Below the pieces are notes generated by a model. The model was not told where the DNA came from. It ran no database searches and saw nothing but the letters and a program-made list of their open reading frames with translations. Shown here one piece after another: positions 38,526-48,008 of a DNA stretch of 64,000 nt. The stretch lies in assembly GCA_001029755.1 (NCBI GenBank), contig CP011214.1, positions 65,754 to 129,753 on the forward strand, in the 5' to 3' direction. The translations under genes and the position numbers were made by a program. Within the stretch, counting starts at the first letter, position 1. The number at the start of each line of letters is the position of its first letter. This DNA comes from Candidatus Woesebacteria bacterium GW2011_GWF1_31_35. Its GTDB lineage: Bacteria; Patescibacteriota; Microgenomatia; UBA8517.

Positions 38526-39377
38526 ATGAAAAAACTACTATTAATTATCGGAGGAGGATTCCTGTTAATAATCTTTCTAGGTCTAGTTGGCAAGAACTCC
38601 CCAAGCGAACAGTCAAACGGCCAAACAGAGGTCAAAGAGCAAAAAGAAGCAAAGCTGGCGTTTGTTTTCGATGTTCCAAGCCTTATGGGCAAGAATATAG
38701 ATGAAATCAAGAAAGATCTTGATTCCTATAAAAAGAAGTCCTTGGAACCAACTTCGGATCAAATGAAGCTGGGGGTTAAAGAATGGGAGGTTGAGTTTGA
38801 GAAGGACGGAAAGAGCCTATTGGTGACGTACGACATCGCTACTAAAAAGGTTAAGGACTTCTTTATTAGTTCTGATGATCCTTCTGGGAAGACTAAGGAC
38901 AAAAATCACCTATTGGAGCTCGGAAATCTCAAAGAGAACGATTCAAGATATAAAGTCGAATTTGTTAAAACTCTTAAAGATCCTTCATTCTTTACAGGAG
39001 TGAAAATAAGCCCGACTCTAAAATATGAATATGAAATACTCTCACGAGTTGAAGGAAAAACGGATGAGAATATTAGTATTCTGATCAAAGTTGGAGAAGC
39101 TGATCCACAAGGAATCGCTACTGAGGTTCAGAAAAGTTGTAAAAAGCAATGCAACATAAGCCTTTTTGATGATAAAAAGGCATTCGAGTTAGATGCTGAA
39201 TATACCAATAAAATACTTAGTTACGACGTAACCGTAGCTGAGAGAGAGGCTTGGAAGAAAAAGAACACCGTATTCCTAGCTGATCACCTAGTTGCAACTG
39301 TTGGATACAGTTTCGGACCTTACGCAGAATATCCACTTAAGGACTCTTACTACAGAGAGCTTAAGGGCGAGAAATAA
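38526..39377 (+). CDS. Membrane-anchored/exported hypothetical protein
   Basis: N-terminal hydrophobic anchor, canonical SD, 283 aa. Confidence 0.75.
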   Translation: MKKLLLIIGGGFLLIIFLGLVGKNSPSEQSNGQTEVKEQKEAKLAFVFDVPSLMGKNIDEIKKDLDSYKKKSLEPTSDQMKLGVKEWEVEFEKDGKSLLVTYDIATKKVKDFFISSDDPSGKTKDKNHLLELGNLKENDSRYKVEFVKTLKDPSFFTGVKISPTLKYEYEILSRVEGKTDENISILIKVGEADPQGIATEVQKSCKKQCNISLFDDKKAFELDAEYTNKILSYDVTVAEREAWKKKNTVFLADHLVATVGYSFGPYAEYPLKDSYYRELKGEK

Positions 39378-39380
39378 ATT

Positions 39381-39412
39381 ACAACAGAAAGATCGAGAGG
39401 TCTTTCTGTTGT
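39381..39412. terminator. Hairpin, probably a bidirectional terminator between convergent genes
   Basis: ACAACAGAAAGA-TCGAGAGG-TCTTTCTGTTGT perfect 12-bp stem. Confidence 0.75.
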
Positions 39413-39414
39413 GC

Positions 39415-40944
39415 CTAGAACTTCATATCGAGCATTCCGGCAGTGATAGGCTTTGACAGGTCTCTATATTCTCCAAACATGTCCATTCCCCAGTGTGAGA
39501 CTGGTGGTCTTGGTGGCCCAGCGGATTTGTAAGTCGGTCTATCTGACTCCAAAATTTTCAAAATAATGATAGTAAAGGCATCTACGAGGTCATCGTGTTT
39601 CTCTATACCAAAATTAACAATTTGGCTGATAAGATTCTCTGCTCCGTGTTGAGGGAATAAGACTTTCCCTTGGCGAATGTAAGGGGTGGCCATCTCCAAC
39701 CTGGTCTGCTTATTCATTCCAGAGATTGGTACTGCTTCAGCCATTACTTTTTCGAGGGTAAGCTGTTGGACTAAAGAAACCTGATAATTTACATTTTCTA
39801 CATAGGCTGTAGGCACTCTTTTGAAGTCTTGATTTAATAAATCACAAACCCGTTTTATTTCTACGATAGTATCGGTGAAATTAATTCGTTTGTTTACGAT
39901 GTATGGCAAGATATAAATCTTCAAGTCGTCACCGTAGCCAGTTACTATAAAGGGAATGAGGGCTGTAAAATCGGCTGTACTTTTTTCTGAGATGGCAAGA
40001 TCCACGCCAATCCCAAGCAACCAATAATTTCGCAAATCAGGTAACACTTCGTAATACTTTGGCCAGCTTCTTTGGACAATTCGCTTGTCGTCGGAAATAA
40101 ATTTCAATAAATACTCTCGGTACCAAGCGGATTCGTCGGCTACCTGTCGTCTCTTGGTTTCTATATGCATCATGGATGGATACTTGCCCGGCCAAGCAAT
40201 ATTGTCGTTCTTATCCAAAAGAGGGTACTCTCGGTAAACTCCATCCATTTTTCCAGAGTTAATGCTCTCTTTAAGTCGCATCATGAGAGAATCTTCGTGT
40301 AAGAGGTTTCCCACGATAACTATTTTTGTATTCATTTCGCCAATAGGCATGGCTTCTCCGGTATACCAGTTCCACAGCTTATCTCGACCCTCTCTGGTTT
40401 TGACCGATTCTAAGTCCTCTACGTCGTCAATGACGATAAGGTCAGGCCTGTATTGGTAGTGGCGAAGCCCTCGGATACTTTCGCTTTGGGAAATGGCCGA
40501 GATTCTTGCATTGTATTGAGGGATAACAAACGAATTAGATCGCCACTCATCAGCAACCTCGGTAAATGGCCCAAAGTCTCTTATTAGTAGCTCATTGGAA
40601 GAAAGCTCTTGCTTAATGTTGGTCAAGATCTGTTTGGAAAGGTCTTGGGTTTGACTCACAACCAGCGTATATTTTTTGGCTGGCCTGCCAAGCATTGCCC
40701 AGATAGGGTAAGCCAGAGTGGCAATGGTGGATTTAGCTGAACCTCGAAAAGCCGTTATCACAACCTTTAAGATCCCTTCGTTTTGAAGGAGGTTAAATAT
40801 TTCTTTTTGGAACGGAGCTGTAGGACAGGTTATGTAGTGGGTAAAATACGTGACAAAGAACCACGAGAAGCTCTCCCTTGTGAGCGCTCTCCTAAAATTA
40901 GGGTCTATTTGAATTAGTTTGATTATTTCTTGATGGTCATTCAT
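39415..40944 (-). CDS. terL: Phage terminase large subunit
   Basis: Walker A AFRGSAKST, Walker B LIVIDDVE, nuclease IGVDLA..DFTA and HDDLVDA. Confidence 0.9.
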   Translation of the reverse strand: MNDHQEIIKLIQIDPNFRRALTRESFSWFFVTYFTHYITCPTAPFQKEIFNLLQNEGILKVVITAFRGSAKSTIATLAYPIWAMLGRPAKKYTLVVSQTQDLSKQILTNIKQELSSNELLIRDFGPFTEVADEWRSNSFVIPQYNARISAISQSESIRGLRHYQYRPDLIVIDDVEDLESVKTREGRDKLWNWYTGEAMPIGEMNTKIVIVGNLLHEDSLMMRLKESINSGKMDGVYREYPLLDKNDNIAWPGKYPSMMHIETKRRQVADESAWYREYLLKFISDDKRIVQRSWPKYYEVLPDLRNYWLLGIGVDLAISEKSTADFTALIPFIVTGYGDDLKIYILPYIVNKRINFTDTIVEIKRVCDLLNQDFKRVPTAYVENVNYQVSLVQQLTLEKVMAEAVPISGMNKQTRLEMATPYIRQGKVLFPQHGAENLISQIVNFGIEKHDDLVDAFTIIILKILESDRPTYKSAGPPRPPVSHWGMDMFGEYRDLSKPITAGMLDMKF

Positions 40945-41356
40945 GTTCTTCCTTTTCCTGTGGGGCTAACGCCACCATTTCTAATGCTTTATTTAATAAT
41001 TCTTTTTGTTCGTCGGTTAACTCAATATCTTGGTTTTTATTTGAAGCCATGATTTCTATTTTGGTGGCATAGGCGGGGTGGTGATGTTTAAGCCAGAAAA
41101 TTATGGCCGTCATGTTTTTGTCCTTAATGGCACTCATCATTTGAGACTCGGCCATGTCATTAACAAGCAGGTTGCCATCTAACAATGCCTGGTCACTGGC
41201 TTGAGCAAATTCAGAGTGATTCTTGCGCCAACGATAGTAGGTTGCCCTACTAATATTTGCTTTTTCACAGGCTATCTGAACGATCGGAGTTTTCTTCAAG
41301 ATCTCCAAAAGTTGCTCTTTATTTTTAGATTGGCGTTTTACAATTGATTTATCCAT
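40937..41356 (-). CDS. HTH protein, probable terminase small subunit
   Basis: ACEKANISRATYYRW HTH, TAIIFWLK; overlaps terL start. Confidence 0.75.
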   Translation of the reverse strand: MDKSIVKRQSKNKEQLLEILKKTPIVQIACEKANISRATYYRWRKNHSEFAQASDQALLDGNLLVNDMAESQMMSAIKDKNMTAIIFWLKHHHPAYATKIEIMASNKNQDIELTDEQKELLNKALEMVALAPQEKEEHE

Positions 41357-42668
41357 AGATTTTTTTGGCTTTCTGACTTGTAAGTTTTTCCCAACGCTTT
41401 ATGATTACTTCCGTATATACAGGAGACTTTTCCATGATGTAGCATCGTCGTTTCATTTTGGTTGCTGCAATGAGGGTTGAGCCTGACCCCCCAAAGGGCT
41501 CGACAATTAAATCGCCACGCTTGGTAAGCATCTTTATGTATGGAATGAGGATCTCTACTGGCTTGGTGCCAAACACAACGCCTTGGCCCGAATGTTTCTC
41601 GTCTGAAGCATTAAACTCTATAAAATCGGTTGGTTGATTCTTCTTTCCATGTTCATAGCCTTCCCAGTGTGGCTTACCTGATGTTGCATATAATGCAGTC
41701 TCGTATTCGTTTTGCAAAAGCTCTTCTTCCGCATCTTTATTGATTTGTTTACCCTCACTCGTTCCAACTATAGCTATATCGTATTTTGAGAAAAATTTAA
41801 ACTTTGCCGAGAAACCTTGATGCCTGTTGGGTAATCTCCATATCAACATGTTGCGCACCTTCCAATACTTCTCGATCTCGTCCCACATGGCCCGGGTGTT
41901 CTTCCAATTTTCGTACGAGATGATACTGAAGTCTGGTTTTGCTACCTTAGCGATATTTGCCATCCAAAGAGATATAAAGTTGTCTGGCAAAACATCAGTC
42001 TCTAAATAGCGACGGTTGCGCTTGGCCCCGAAACCCGTTACGGGTTTTCCGTGACGTTTTGCGCCAACGTAATCGAGCAAATAAGGTTCATCTGTCAGAC
42101 ACATATCCGCTTTTTCACCATTCATAAGTTTTAAAATATCTGCTTCTATGGTGGAATCACCGCACATCAGGCGATTTTCGCCAAGAGCGTAAGTATCACC
42201 TTTCTTTGTATTAATCTGATGGATATTCAACTTTAGAAGCTCCTTTTCAAGACTAAATTCTTCGGGAACATCGACATCGAAAATACCGTCAAGTTCCCCA
42301 CTGGAAAAACCAATATCTGCAAGGAACGACTCATCGAACTTAGCCAACAAGTCCCAATCGAATTCTCCAACATTTTTATTACTCCGGATGTTATATTCAG
42401 TAAACTCACCATTTGTAAGTTTCCTATTTGGAAGTCTTACATCAATTTCTTCCTCGCCCCTTCCTAAAAGCATCATTATTTTTATTCGCTGGTGGCCAGC
42501 CACAATTTTATTGTCAGTATCAATGGCAGGAATTTCGACTAAATTGAATTTGTTTAGACTGTCTTTTAACTTCTCTGCTTGCTCATTAGATAATTTACGC
42601 GGATTTGATTCATAAGGAACCAATTCCTTAACCTTCCGCTTTTCTGTGTGCCAAATTAGATTTCCCAT
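41349..42668 (-). CDS. ParB-like N-terminal domain plus DNA methyltransferase (N4/N6 type)
   Basis: YESNPR..IVAGHQR ParB motif; MCGDST, TDEPY, TKPV, EPFGGSGST. Confidence 0.88.
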   Translation of the reverse strand: MGNLIWHTEKRKVKELVPYESNPRKLSNEQAEKLKDSLNKFNLVEIPAIDTDNKIVAGHQRIKIMMLLGRGEEEIDVRLPNRKLTNGEFTEYNIRSNKNVGEFDWDLLAKFDESFLADIGFSSGELDGIFDVDVPEEFSLEKELLKLNIHQINTKKGDTYALGENRLMCGDSTIEADILKLMNGEKADMCLTDEPYLLDYVGAKRHGKPVTGFGAKRNRRYLETDVLPDNFISLWMANIAKVAKPDFSIISYENWKNTRAMWDEIEKYWKVRNMLIWRLPNRHQGFSAKFKFFSKYDIAIVGTSEGKQINKDAEEELLQNEYETALYATSGKPHWEGYEHGKKNQPTDFIEFNASDEKHSGQGVVFGTKPVEILIPYIKMLTKRGDLIVEPFGGSGSTLIAATKMKRRCYIMEKSPVYTEVIIKRWEKLTSQKAKKIYG

Positions 42669-42709
42669 ATAGGGTTATTCTGGGCTTCTTTAGGAATCAT
42701 TAAAACGGG

Positions 42710-42751
42710 AATGGAGGAGGAAAATGAGGGGAATTGGAGGAAATATGGAGG
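42710..42751. repeat. Four imperfect purine-rich tandem repeats (AATGGAGG-like)
   Basis: AATGGAGGAGG AAAATGAGGGG AATTGGAGG AAATATGGAGG. Confidence 0.7.
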
Positions 42752-42756
42752 AAAAA

Positions 42757-43287
42757 CTAGTGTGTTACAACACTAATGTTTATGAGCTTAGATCCATGAC
42801 CTCTTGTACGTCTCATTTTTACAACAAAGCCATCTTGCTTCAGGGCTTTAATGAAATCTTTCCTTATATATCCGACCCCCTTAGCATCATCTGCAACTTC
42901 AATTTGCTCTTTAACTATCTTATCGCTAACAAAATTATCTTCGCTTGTAAGCAAAAGTTGAAAGTATTTACCCGCTTTAGTACCAAGATTTATACGACCA
43001 AGTATATTGACCGCCTGGTATACAAATGTACCCTCCACTGTAATCTTAAATCCAAAATTCTCCGGGGATGAGTAGTTGACGAGATCAACATTATCCATTT
43101 CCTTCGAATATTTCGATATACTGCTAACTGGTAAATTGATATCTAGCTTTGGAAGCAAAAGGTTTGGAATTGTCATTATGCCTGCAAAGTTCTGAAGGAT
43201 TTCCTGCACAGGAGCAAAGATATTGGGCAAGAGCTCCAATTTTTCAAAATCAGTATCAGTCAGTTTTGTGTTTCCTAGTCTAGGCAT
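42757..43287 (-). CDS. Hypothetical protein (possible C-terminal winged helix)
   Basis: Co-oriented behind lexA; C-terminal helix-helix-beta hairpin pattern (RTRGHGSKL). Confidence 0.6.
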   Translation of the reverse strand: MPRLGNTKLTDTDFEKLELLPNIFAPVQEILQNFAGIMTIPNLLLPKLDINLPVSSISKYSKEMDNVDLVNYSSPENFGFKITVEGTFVYQAVNILGRINLGTKAGKYFQLLLTSEDNFVSDKIVKEQIEVADDAKGVGYIRKDFIKALKQDGFVVKMRRTRGHGSKLINISVVTH

Positions 43288-43288
43288 A

Positions 43289-43903
43289 TTATTCAGATAA
43301 TTTTCCTAAAACTTTTCCCTGGATCATAATTTCCCTGGCAATTATCGGTTTGTATTCAGAATTATGACTCTCAGGCAGGAGAACTACATATTCACTCATC
43401 TTTTTAAACCTTTTTAGGGTTGCTGTCTCTTCGTTAGGGTTGAACGCCACTACAATATCGCCATTGTCAGGCACTGGTTGTGGAACAACTATGACTATAT
43501 CTCCAGTGTTGAGGCCAGCCTTGGACATACTGTCTCCTTTGACTCGTAGTAAAAACGCATCACTTCGGCCATGGAGTTCAGATTTTGAAACATCACGATA
43601 GCCTTCGATGTTTTCCTGAGCGAGGGCTGGTTGACCAGCTCTAATCTCGCCAACCAAGGGTAGGTTTATTACTTCCTGATCTGGGAGAGGAGCGAGTAGA
43701 ATCTTTATAGCTCTACGAGCCTGTTTGTCACGATGTATATATCCTAAATCCTGTAATTTCTCTAACTGAATGGATACGCCTCGAATAGATTTAATCTGAG
43801 TTGCCCTCATTATTTCGGGTATCGATGGCGAGTAGCCATTCTCTGATTGAAACTTAGTGACAAAAGAAAAAACTTTCCTGACGTTGTCGGTGAGATTATT
43901 CAT
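43289..43903 (-). CDS. lexA: LexA-family repressor
   Basis: GYSPSIPEI wHTH, Ala-Gly site IRAGQP, catalytic GDSM and ATLKRF. Confidence 0.92.
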   Translation of the reverse strand: MNNLTDNVRKVFSFVTKFQSENGYSPSIPEIMRATQIKSIRGVSIQLEKLQDLGYIHRDKQARRAIKILLAPLPDQEVINLPLVGEIRAGQPALAQENIEGYRDVSKSELHGRSDAFLLRVKGDSMSKAGLNTGDIVIVVPQPVPDNGDIVVAFNPNEETATLKRFKKMSEYVVLLPESHNSEYKPIIAREIMIQGKVLGKLSE

Positions 43904-43923
43904 AGTGGTAATTAATTCTACCA

Positions 43924-43983
43924 TTGACAATTCTACTTAGCAAGTATATAAATAATGTTAGACTGCCTCCTAATATAGGAGGC
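43924..43983 (+). promoter_or_regulatory. Promoter divergent from lexA, with a palindrome and a leader hairpin
   Basis: TTGACA-17-TATAAA; TACTT-AGC-AAGTA in the spacer; GCCTCCTA-ATA-TAGGAGGC at 43965-43983. Confidence 0.65.
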
Positions 43984-44003
43984 TTATTAGTAAGGAAACA
44001 ATT

Positions 44004-44243
44004 ATGGCAAACTACAACGTAACAAAAAATTCGGATGGAGGGTGGGACGCAAAGCGAGATAATGCCCAAAGATCGAGCTTCCATGGAAATACCCAACGTG
44101 AGACGGAGACTGTAGCTAAACAATTTTCAAAAAACTCCTGCGGAGGAGAAGTTAGAATCCAAGGTAGAGACAATAAATTTAGGGACAGCGACACTGTTCC
44201 TCCAGCTCATGACCCCAATCCTCCCAGAGACAAGAGACACTAA
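44004..44243 (+). CDS. DUF2188-family small protein
   Basis: GGW..KR.NAQRSS....TQ.E...GGEVRIQGRD.KFRDSDT...HDPNPPRD. Confidence 0.85.
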   Translation: MANYNVTKNSDGGWDAKRDNAQRSSFHGNTQRETETVAKQFSKNSCGGEVRIQGRDNKFRDSDTVPPAHDPNPPRDKRH

Positions 44244-44244
44244 T

Positions 44245-45306
44245 ATGGCATACGAAATAGACTATATACCAGTAGGCGATGGAGAAAAAAGCGGAGACGC
44301 TATTTTACTTCGTTTTGGAAATCTAATTGGCCCGCGTTCTGAGCAAACGGTGGTTGTTATTGATGGAGGTTTTAAGGATTCTGGAGAAAAAATTGTCGAA
44401 CACTTGAGTACATACTACGGCACAACTGAAGTCGACCTAGTGGTGTCGACTCACCCAGACGCGGATCATGCCTCCGGTCTATCCGTCGTCTTAGAGAACT
44501 GTACAGTAACCAACTTACTCATACACAAACCGTGGGAACACGCGGAAGACATTAAAAGTCTCTTTAAAGATGGCCGAATCACGGCGTCGGGGTTAGAAGA
44601 GAAGCTGGAAAAGTCTTTGCAGCATGCAAGTGATTTAGAAGCGATGGCAAGAGAAAAGGGCATTAAGATTGTTGAGCCCTTCCAGGGGGTCACCGGATTC
44701 TCAAACGTAATGCTGGTATTGGGTCCCTCTCAAGAATATTATGAAGGGTTACTTGCCCTATTCCGATCTACTCCAAGTCCAATTGAGTCATTAGCTAAAT
44801 TATTGGCACCAGTACAGAAAGCTGCTGAAGAAGTGATTAATTGGCTAGAGGACACTTTCGAAATAGATTTACTTAATGATGACGATGACACTACCTCAGC
44901 AGAAAATAATTCCAGCGCAGTCATTCTTTTTACTATTGATGGACACAAACTCTTATTCACTGGAGACGCTGGAAAGACGGGGCTGTTGTCGGCGGCAGAA
45001 TATGCTGAGGGTCAAGGTATTGCCCTTACAGACCTCAGCTTCCTTGACGTTCCCCATCATGGTAGTAAAAGGAATTTAAGTAGTAAGGTCTTAGCCAAAA
45101 TTAAAGCCGGTACAGCTTTTGTCTCCGCCGCTGAAGGTTCCCCAAAACATCCAGCAAAAAAAGTCACAAATGCTCTTAAAAAACATGGTGCTCGAGTTTA
45201 CGTCAATAATAAGGGAAACACCATACAACACGGACACAATGCCCCAGATAGATCCAATTGGGGTCCGGCACCGGAGGAAATTTTCCATAGCAGGGTTGAG
45301 GAATAA
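44245..45306 (+). CDS. ComEC/Rec2-like MBL-fold metallo-hydrolase
   Basis: VG.GD, IDGG, STHPDADHASG, NNSS, LFTGDAG, VPHHGS, HP motifs. Confidence 0.9.
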   Translation: MAYEIDYIPVGDGEKSGDAILLRFGNLIGPRSEQTVVVIDGGFKDSGEKIVEHLSTYYGTTEVDLVVSTHPDADHASGLSVVLENCTVTNLLIHKPWEHAEDIKSLFKDGRITASGLEEKLEKSLQHASDLEAMAREKGIKIVEPFQGVTGFSNVMLVLGPSQEYYEGLLALFRSTPSPIESLAKLLAPVQKAAEEVINWLEDTFEIDLLNDDDDTTSAENNSSAVILFTIDGHKLLFTGDAGKTGLLSAAEYAEGQGIALTDLSFLDVPHHGSKRNLSSKVLAKIKAGTAFVSAAEGSPKHPAKKVTNALKKHGARVYVNNKGNTIQHGHNAPDRSNWGPAPEEIFHSRVEE

Positions 45307-45307
45307 T

Positions 45308-46003
45308 ATGAAATTTGATAGATACGATATCTTTGCGCGAGCTCTTCCAGCAGTTCTTGCGTCGGTACCATTTTTTATCCTCCACTACTTTTTATTTAGC
45401 CCAGCTTTAGGCGCATTTTGGGGAGAACTTCTTGGACTCAAAGTTGCCTCTGATGTCACATTTGTTTTTGCCTTACTATTTTTGGCGATGCAGTTTAATC
45501 GCATTGTATCGAAGGAAGTCTTTGAAAAAAGAATGTATGGTGACGGATTAAAATTTCCTACAACTAATTTCCTTCTTCATCTTGATTCATATTTTTCATC
45601 TGACTACACCCAAAAGATCCACAATCGGATCGAGTCTGACTTTAGTATAAATATCCCTACTCGTTACAGTGAAACAAAGGATGAAGACAAATCGAGGAAG
45701 CTTATAGCTGAAGCAATTAGCCACATTCGCGTAAAGGTTGGTAAAGGAAACTTGCTTGGACAACACAATCTGGAATATGGTTTTGTACGTAATTTCTCCG
45801 GTGGCAACGTTCTTGCAAGTGCTGTATCTATGTTGGATATAATTATTTTTAAGTGGATTTACCCAAACAATACGGCACTCTCCGTTTCGATTGTTAGCTT
45901 TTTTATCTACTTCACTCTTAGCCTCCTTGCAGGAAAGATGATAGAAAGCGTTGGTAGAAGTTATGCCAAGGTTCTGATTCAAGAGTATATGGCTCTGCAA
46001 TGA
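45308..46003 (+). CDS. Multi-TM membrane protein coupled to the MBL hydrolase
   Basis: ARALPA, FPTT, HNLEYGFVRN motifs; 3-4 TM; starts 1 nt after the hydrolase stop. Confidence 0.8.
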   Translation: MKFDRYDIFARALPAVLASVPFFILHYFLFSPALGAFWGELLGLKVASDVTFVFALLFLAMQFNRIVSKEVFEKRMYGDGLKFPTTNFLLHLDSYFSSDYTQKIHNRIESDFSINIPTRYSETKDEDKSRKLIAEAISHIRVKVGKGNLLGQHNLEYGFVRNFSGGNVLASAVSMLDIIIFKWIYPNNTALSVSIVSFFIYFTLSLLAGKMIESVGRSYAKVLIQEYMALQ

Positions 46004-46004
46004 T

Positions 46005-46586
46005 ATGTTTCTATCTGATAAAGCGATTCAAGAGTTTAAGGACATAGTTAAAAAGGAAAAAGGGGTTGAGTTATCAGATGCCGAAGCTCGGGATCAGGGA
46101 GAAAGACTTGTTTCATTTTTCGAAATATTAATGGAGGTTTCTCAGGTAGAGCTTAGACGAAAGAAAAGACTCGAGAAAGAACCGGAAGGTTTTCATTTAA
46201 ATGAAGGTGAGGGCCCGTATAACTGTCGGGTTTGTTATGAATCTGTATCGGGAAAAGGGGTGTGGTGGGACTTAAATGGTATTAAATGCCTAGATTGCCA
46301 AAGAAATATAAACGAAAGCATTATCCCAGCCGAAATATGTGATAACGACAAATTATGGATAAAAGACTGGCAATTTCAGTCTGATTATGACATTCATCCT
46401 TCAACAAGAAGAAAACTCATCAGAACAGGCTTATTACATGGCCGCGATCTAAAAAGAGACAATGGATCAATATACTATACTGTTTATCTGGTAAACGAGA
46501 ATTTGGAGTTCTTGAAAAAATATCCTAAAAAAAGAAAAGAAAATGTAGAGTTTATCGCAGTTGGGAAAAATAAGGTTCAACTATGA
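46005..46586 (+). CDS. Hypothetical protein with Zn-finger (CRVC..CLDC)
   Basis: Helical N-terminus LSDKAIQEFK..ELSDAEA, two CxxC pairs. Confidence 0.7.
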   Translation: MFLSDKAIQEFKDIVKKEKGVELSDAEARDQGERLVSFFEILMEVSQVELRRKKRLEKEPEGFHLNEGEGPYNCRVCYESVSGKGVWWDLNGIKCLDCQRNINESIIPAEICDNDKLWIKDWQFQSDYDIHPSTRRKLIRTGLLHGRDLKRDNGSIYYTVYLVNENLEFLKKYPKKRKENVEFIAVGKNKVQL

Positions 46587-47305
46587 TCGACATGGCAAAG
46601 TACTGGTATTCTCCAGCCTACGTAATCCATATGGCTGAGGAAATAATTAAAGTGTATGGTCAAGAGAATATAGACAAAGATACTCTTTTTCAGAAGGTTG
46701 GAGAAATGAAATGTGCAGCAATCATGTTACTTGGTTTACATAAAGCATTTGGTACACATTTTTTCATGCAGTCTTCTCTAGATCAGTTCCCTGATGTGTG
46801 GACGCTTTATCAGGAGGAAATTCCAGACAAAAATGTTGATACAAAATATCAAACCGTTGAAGTAGTCACATACGAAACACATACCAGCATTCCAGTAGTC
46901 GACTTTATCTTAAAAAATAAGCTGGTAAATCCCAAGAAGGCATACGATGAAGAAACAATAATACTTTGTTATATAAGAAAAGCTGGTACTTTTATTGACT
47001 TTGACCTTCTCTATAAAAAACTTGGACAGCATAAATTCAAACCAAGTAGAGTTTTTGTCATAGGTAATAAAATGGAAAATCCTCAAATATTTAAATTAAC
47101 CCAAGTTTGGCCAGTTATTCATCATGAGGATATAGACTATGTTGAGGCAACAAAGGCATACCCTCTGCCTCACAGAAGGTTTTTCAAAAAAGGTATATCA
47201 AAAAAGATTAATAACAAATTTGCTACTTCTAGAGTAAGACCTAACCCCTATGAGGTTTTTAACCTCGGTGAACAGTTATTAAAGAAGAAATATAATGTTC
47301 ACTAA
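46583..47305 (+). CDS. Hypothetical protein (possible PD-(D/E)xK-like fold)
   Basis: FPDV...VEVVTY pattern; coupled to the upstream gene. Confidence 0.6.
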   Translation: MIDMAKYWYSPAYVIHMAEEIIKVYGQENIDKDTLFQKVGEMKCAAIMLLGLHKAFGTHFFMQSSLDQFPDVWTLYQEEIPDKNVDTKYQTVEVVTYETHTSIPVVDFILKNKLVNPKKAYDEETIILCYIRKAGTFIDFDLLYKKLGQHKFKPSRVFVIGNKMENPQIFKLTQVWPVIHHEDIDYVEATKAYPLPHRRFFKKGISKKINNKFATSRVRPNPYEVFNLGEQLLKKKYNVH

Positions 47306-47315
47306 AACGAATAGC

Positions 47316-47972
47316 TTAAGGAGTAGGAACATCTGACCAACCCTCTTTACCCTGAGTGAATTCTCTTCCGTCTGGTGCCACACATCTTCTTATTCCTGTT
47401 CTCTCGTAATATTGTTCTGAGGAGAGTTGACCGCCATCGCGGCCAATGGCTTTAGCGCAATCTTCGTATTTTTTAACCCATGAGTATTTTTCTTTGAGTG
47501 TAGGTGCTAAATCGCCACCAGGAAGAAGTTCAGGATCAAAACTACTGTCAGGACATCCATGGTTGCAGGAGTTGCGTTCACCTTCATTTAGTAATACATC
47601 TGCAATTTGCCAAGCAGTCATACTCTGAGAAATCATATATCTAGCTTCTCGGTCAATGGTGTTACTGCCAATGGTAAGAGCATTCCCTTTGCCTGAAGTA
47701 TTGTCTTTTGTGTGCTCTAAAGCGTATTTAAAAGCTTCTTCGTCTTTAACGAATCCGTAATAGCGAAGATCGCCAGCTACAGCCGTTAAGGTTTTATCTT
47801 TACTAATCGTAAATCCAATTGATTGAGTATTTTGTCTTGGAGCCCCAAACTTACTTTGCCAATTTCTATACCAGAGAGTAGACGCGAAGATTGCAACTAT
47901 TACAAGGACTGCCAAGTATATGAGCCAGCGTGGGAATGATTTAGTCTTTTTTGGCATATAGTATCTAATCAA
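47316..47972 (-). CDS. Membrane-anchored protein with YceG/MltG-N-terminal-like domain
   Basis: TM; LRYYGFVKDE..YMISQSMTAWQIADVLL; C-terminal C..GG..C..PDGR.F. Confidence 0.65.
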   Translation of the reverse strand: MIRYYMPKKTKSFPRWLIYLAVLVIVAIFASTLWYRNWQSKFGAPRQNTQSIGFTISKDKTLTAVAGDLRYYGFVKDEEAFKYALEHTKDNTSGKGNALTIGSNTIDREARYMISQSMTAWQIADVLLNEGERNSCNHGCPDSSFDPELLPGGDLAPTLKEKYSWVKKYEDCAKAIGRDGGQLSSEQYYERTGIRRCVAPDGREFTQGKEGWSDVPTP

Positions 47973-48008
47973 GTATAGAACGTACCGCTAATTAGTTCCA
48001 CAGGCAAG

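Noticed and set aside
39415-43930. Complete prophage
   Set aside because: No recognisable portal, capsid, tail, lysis or replication genes
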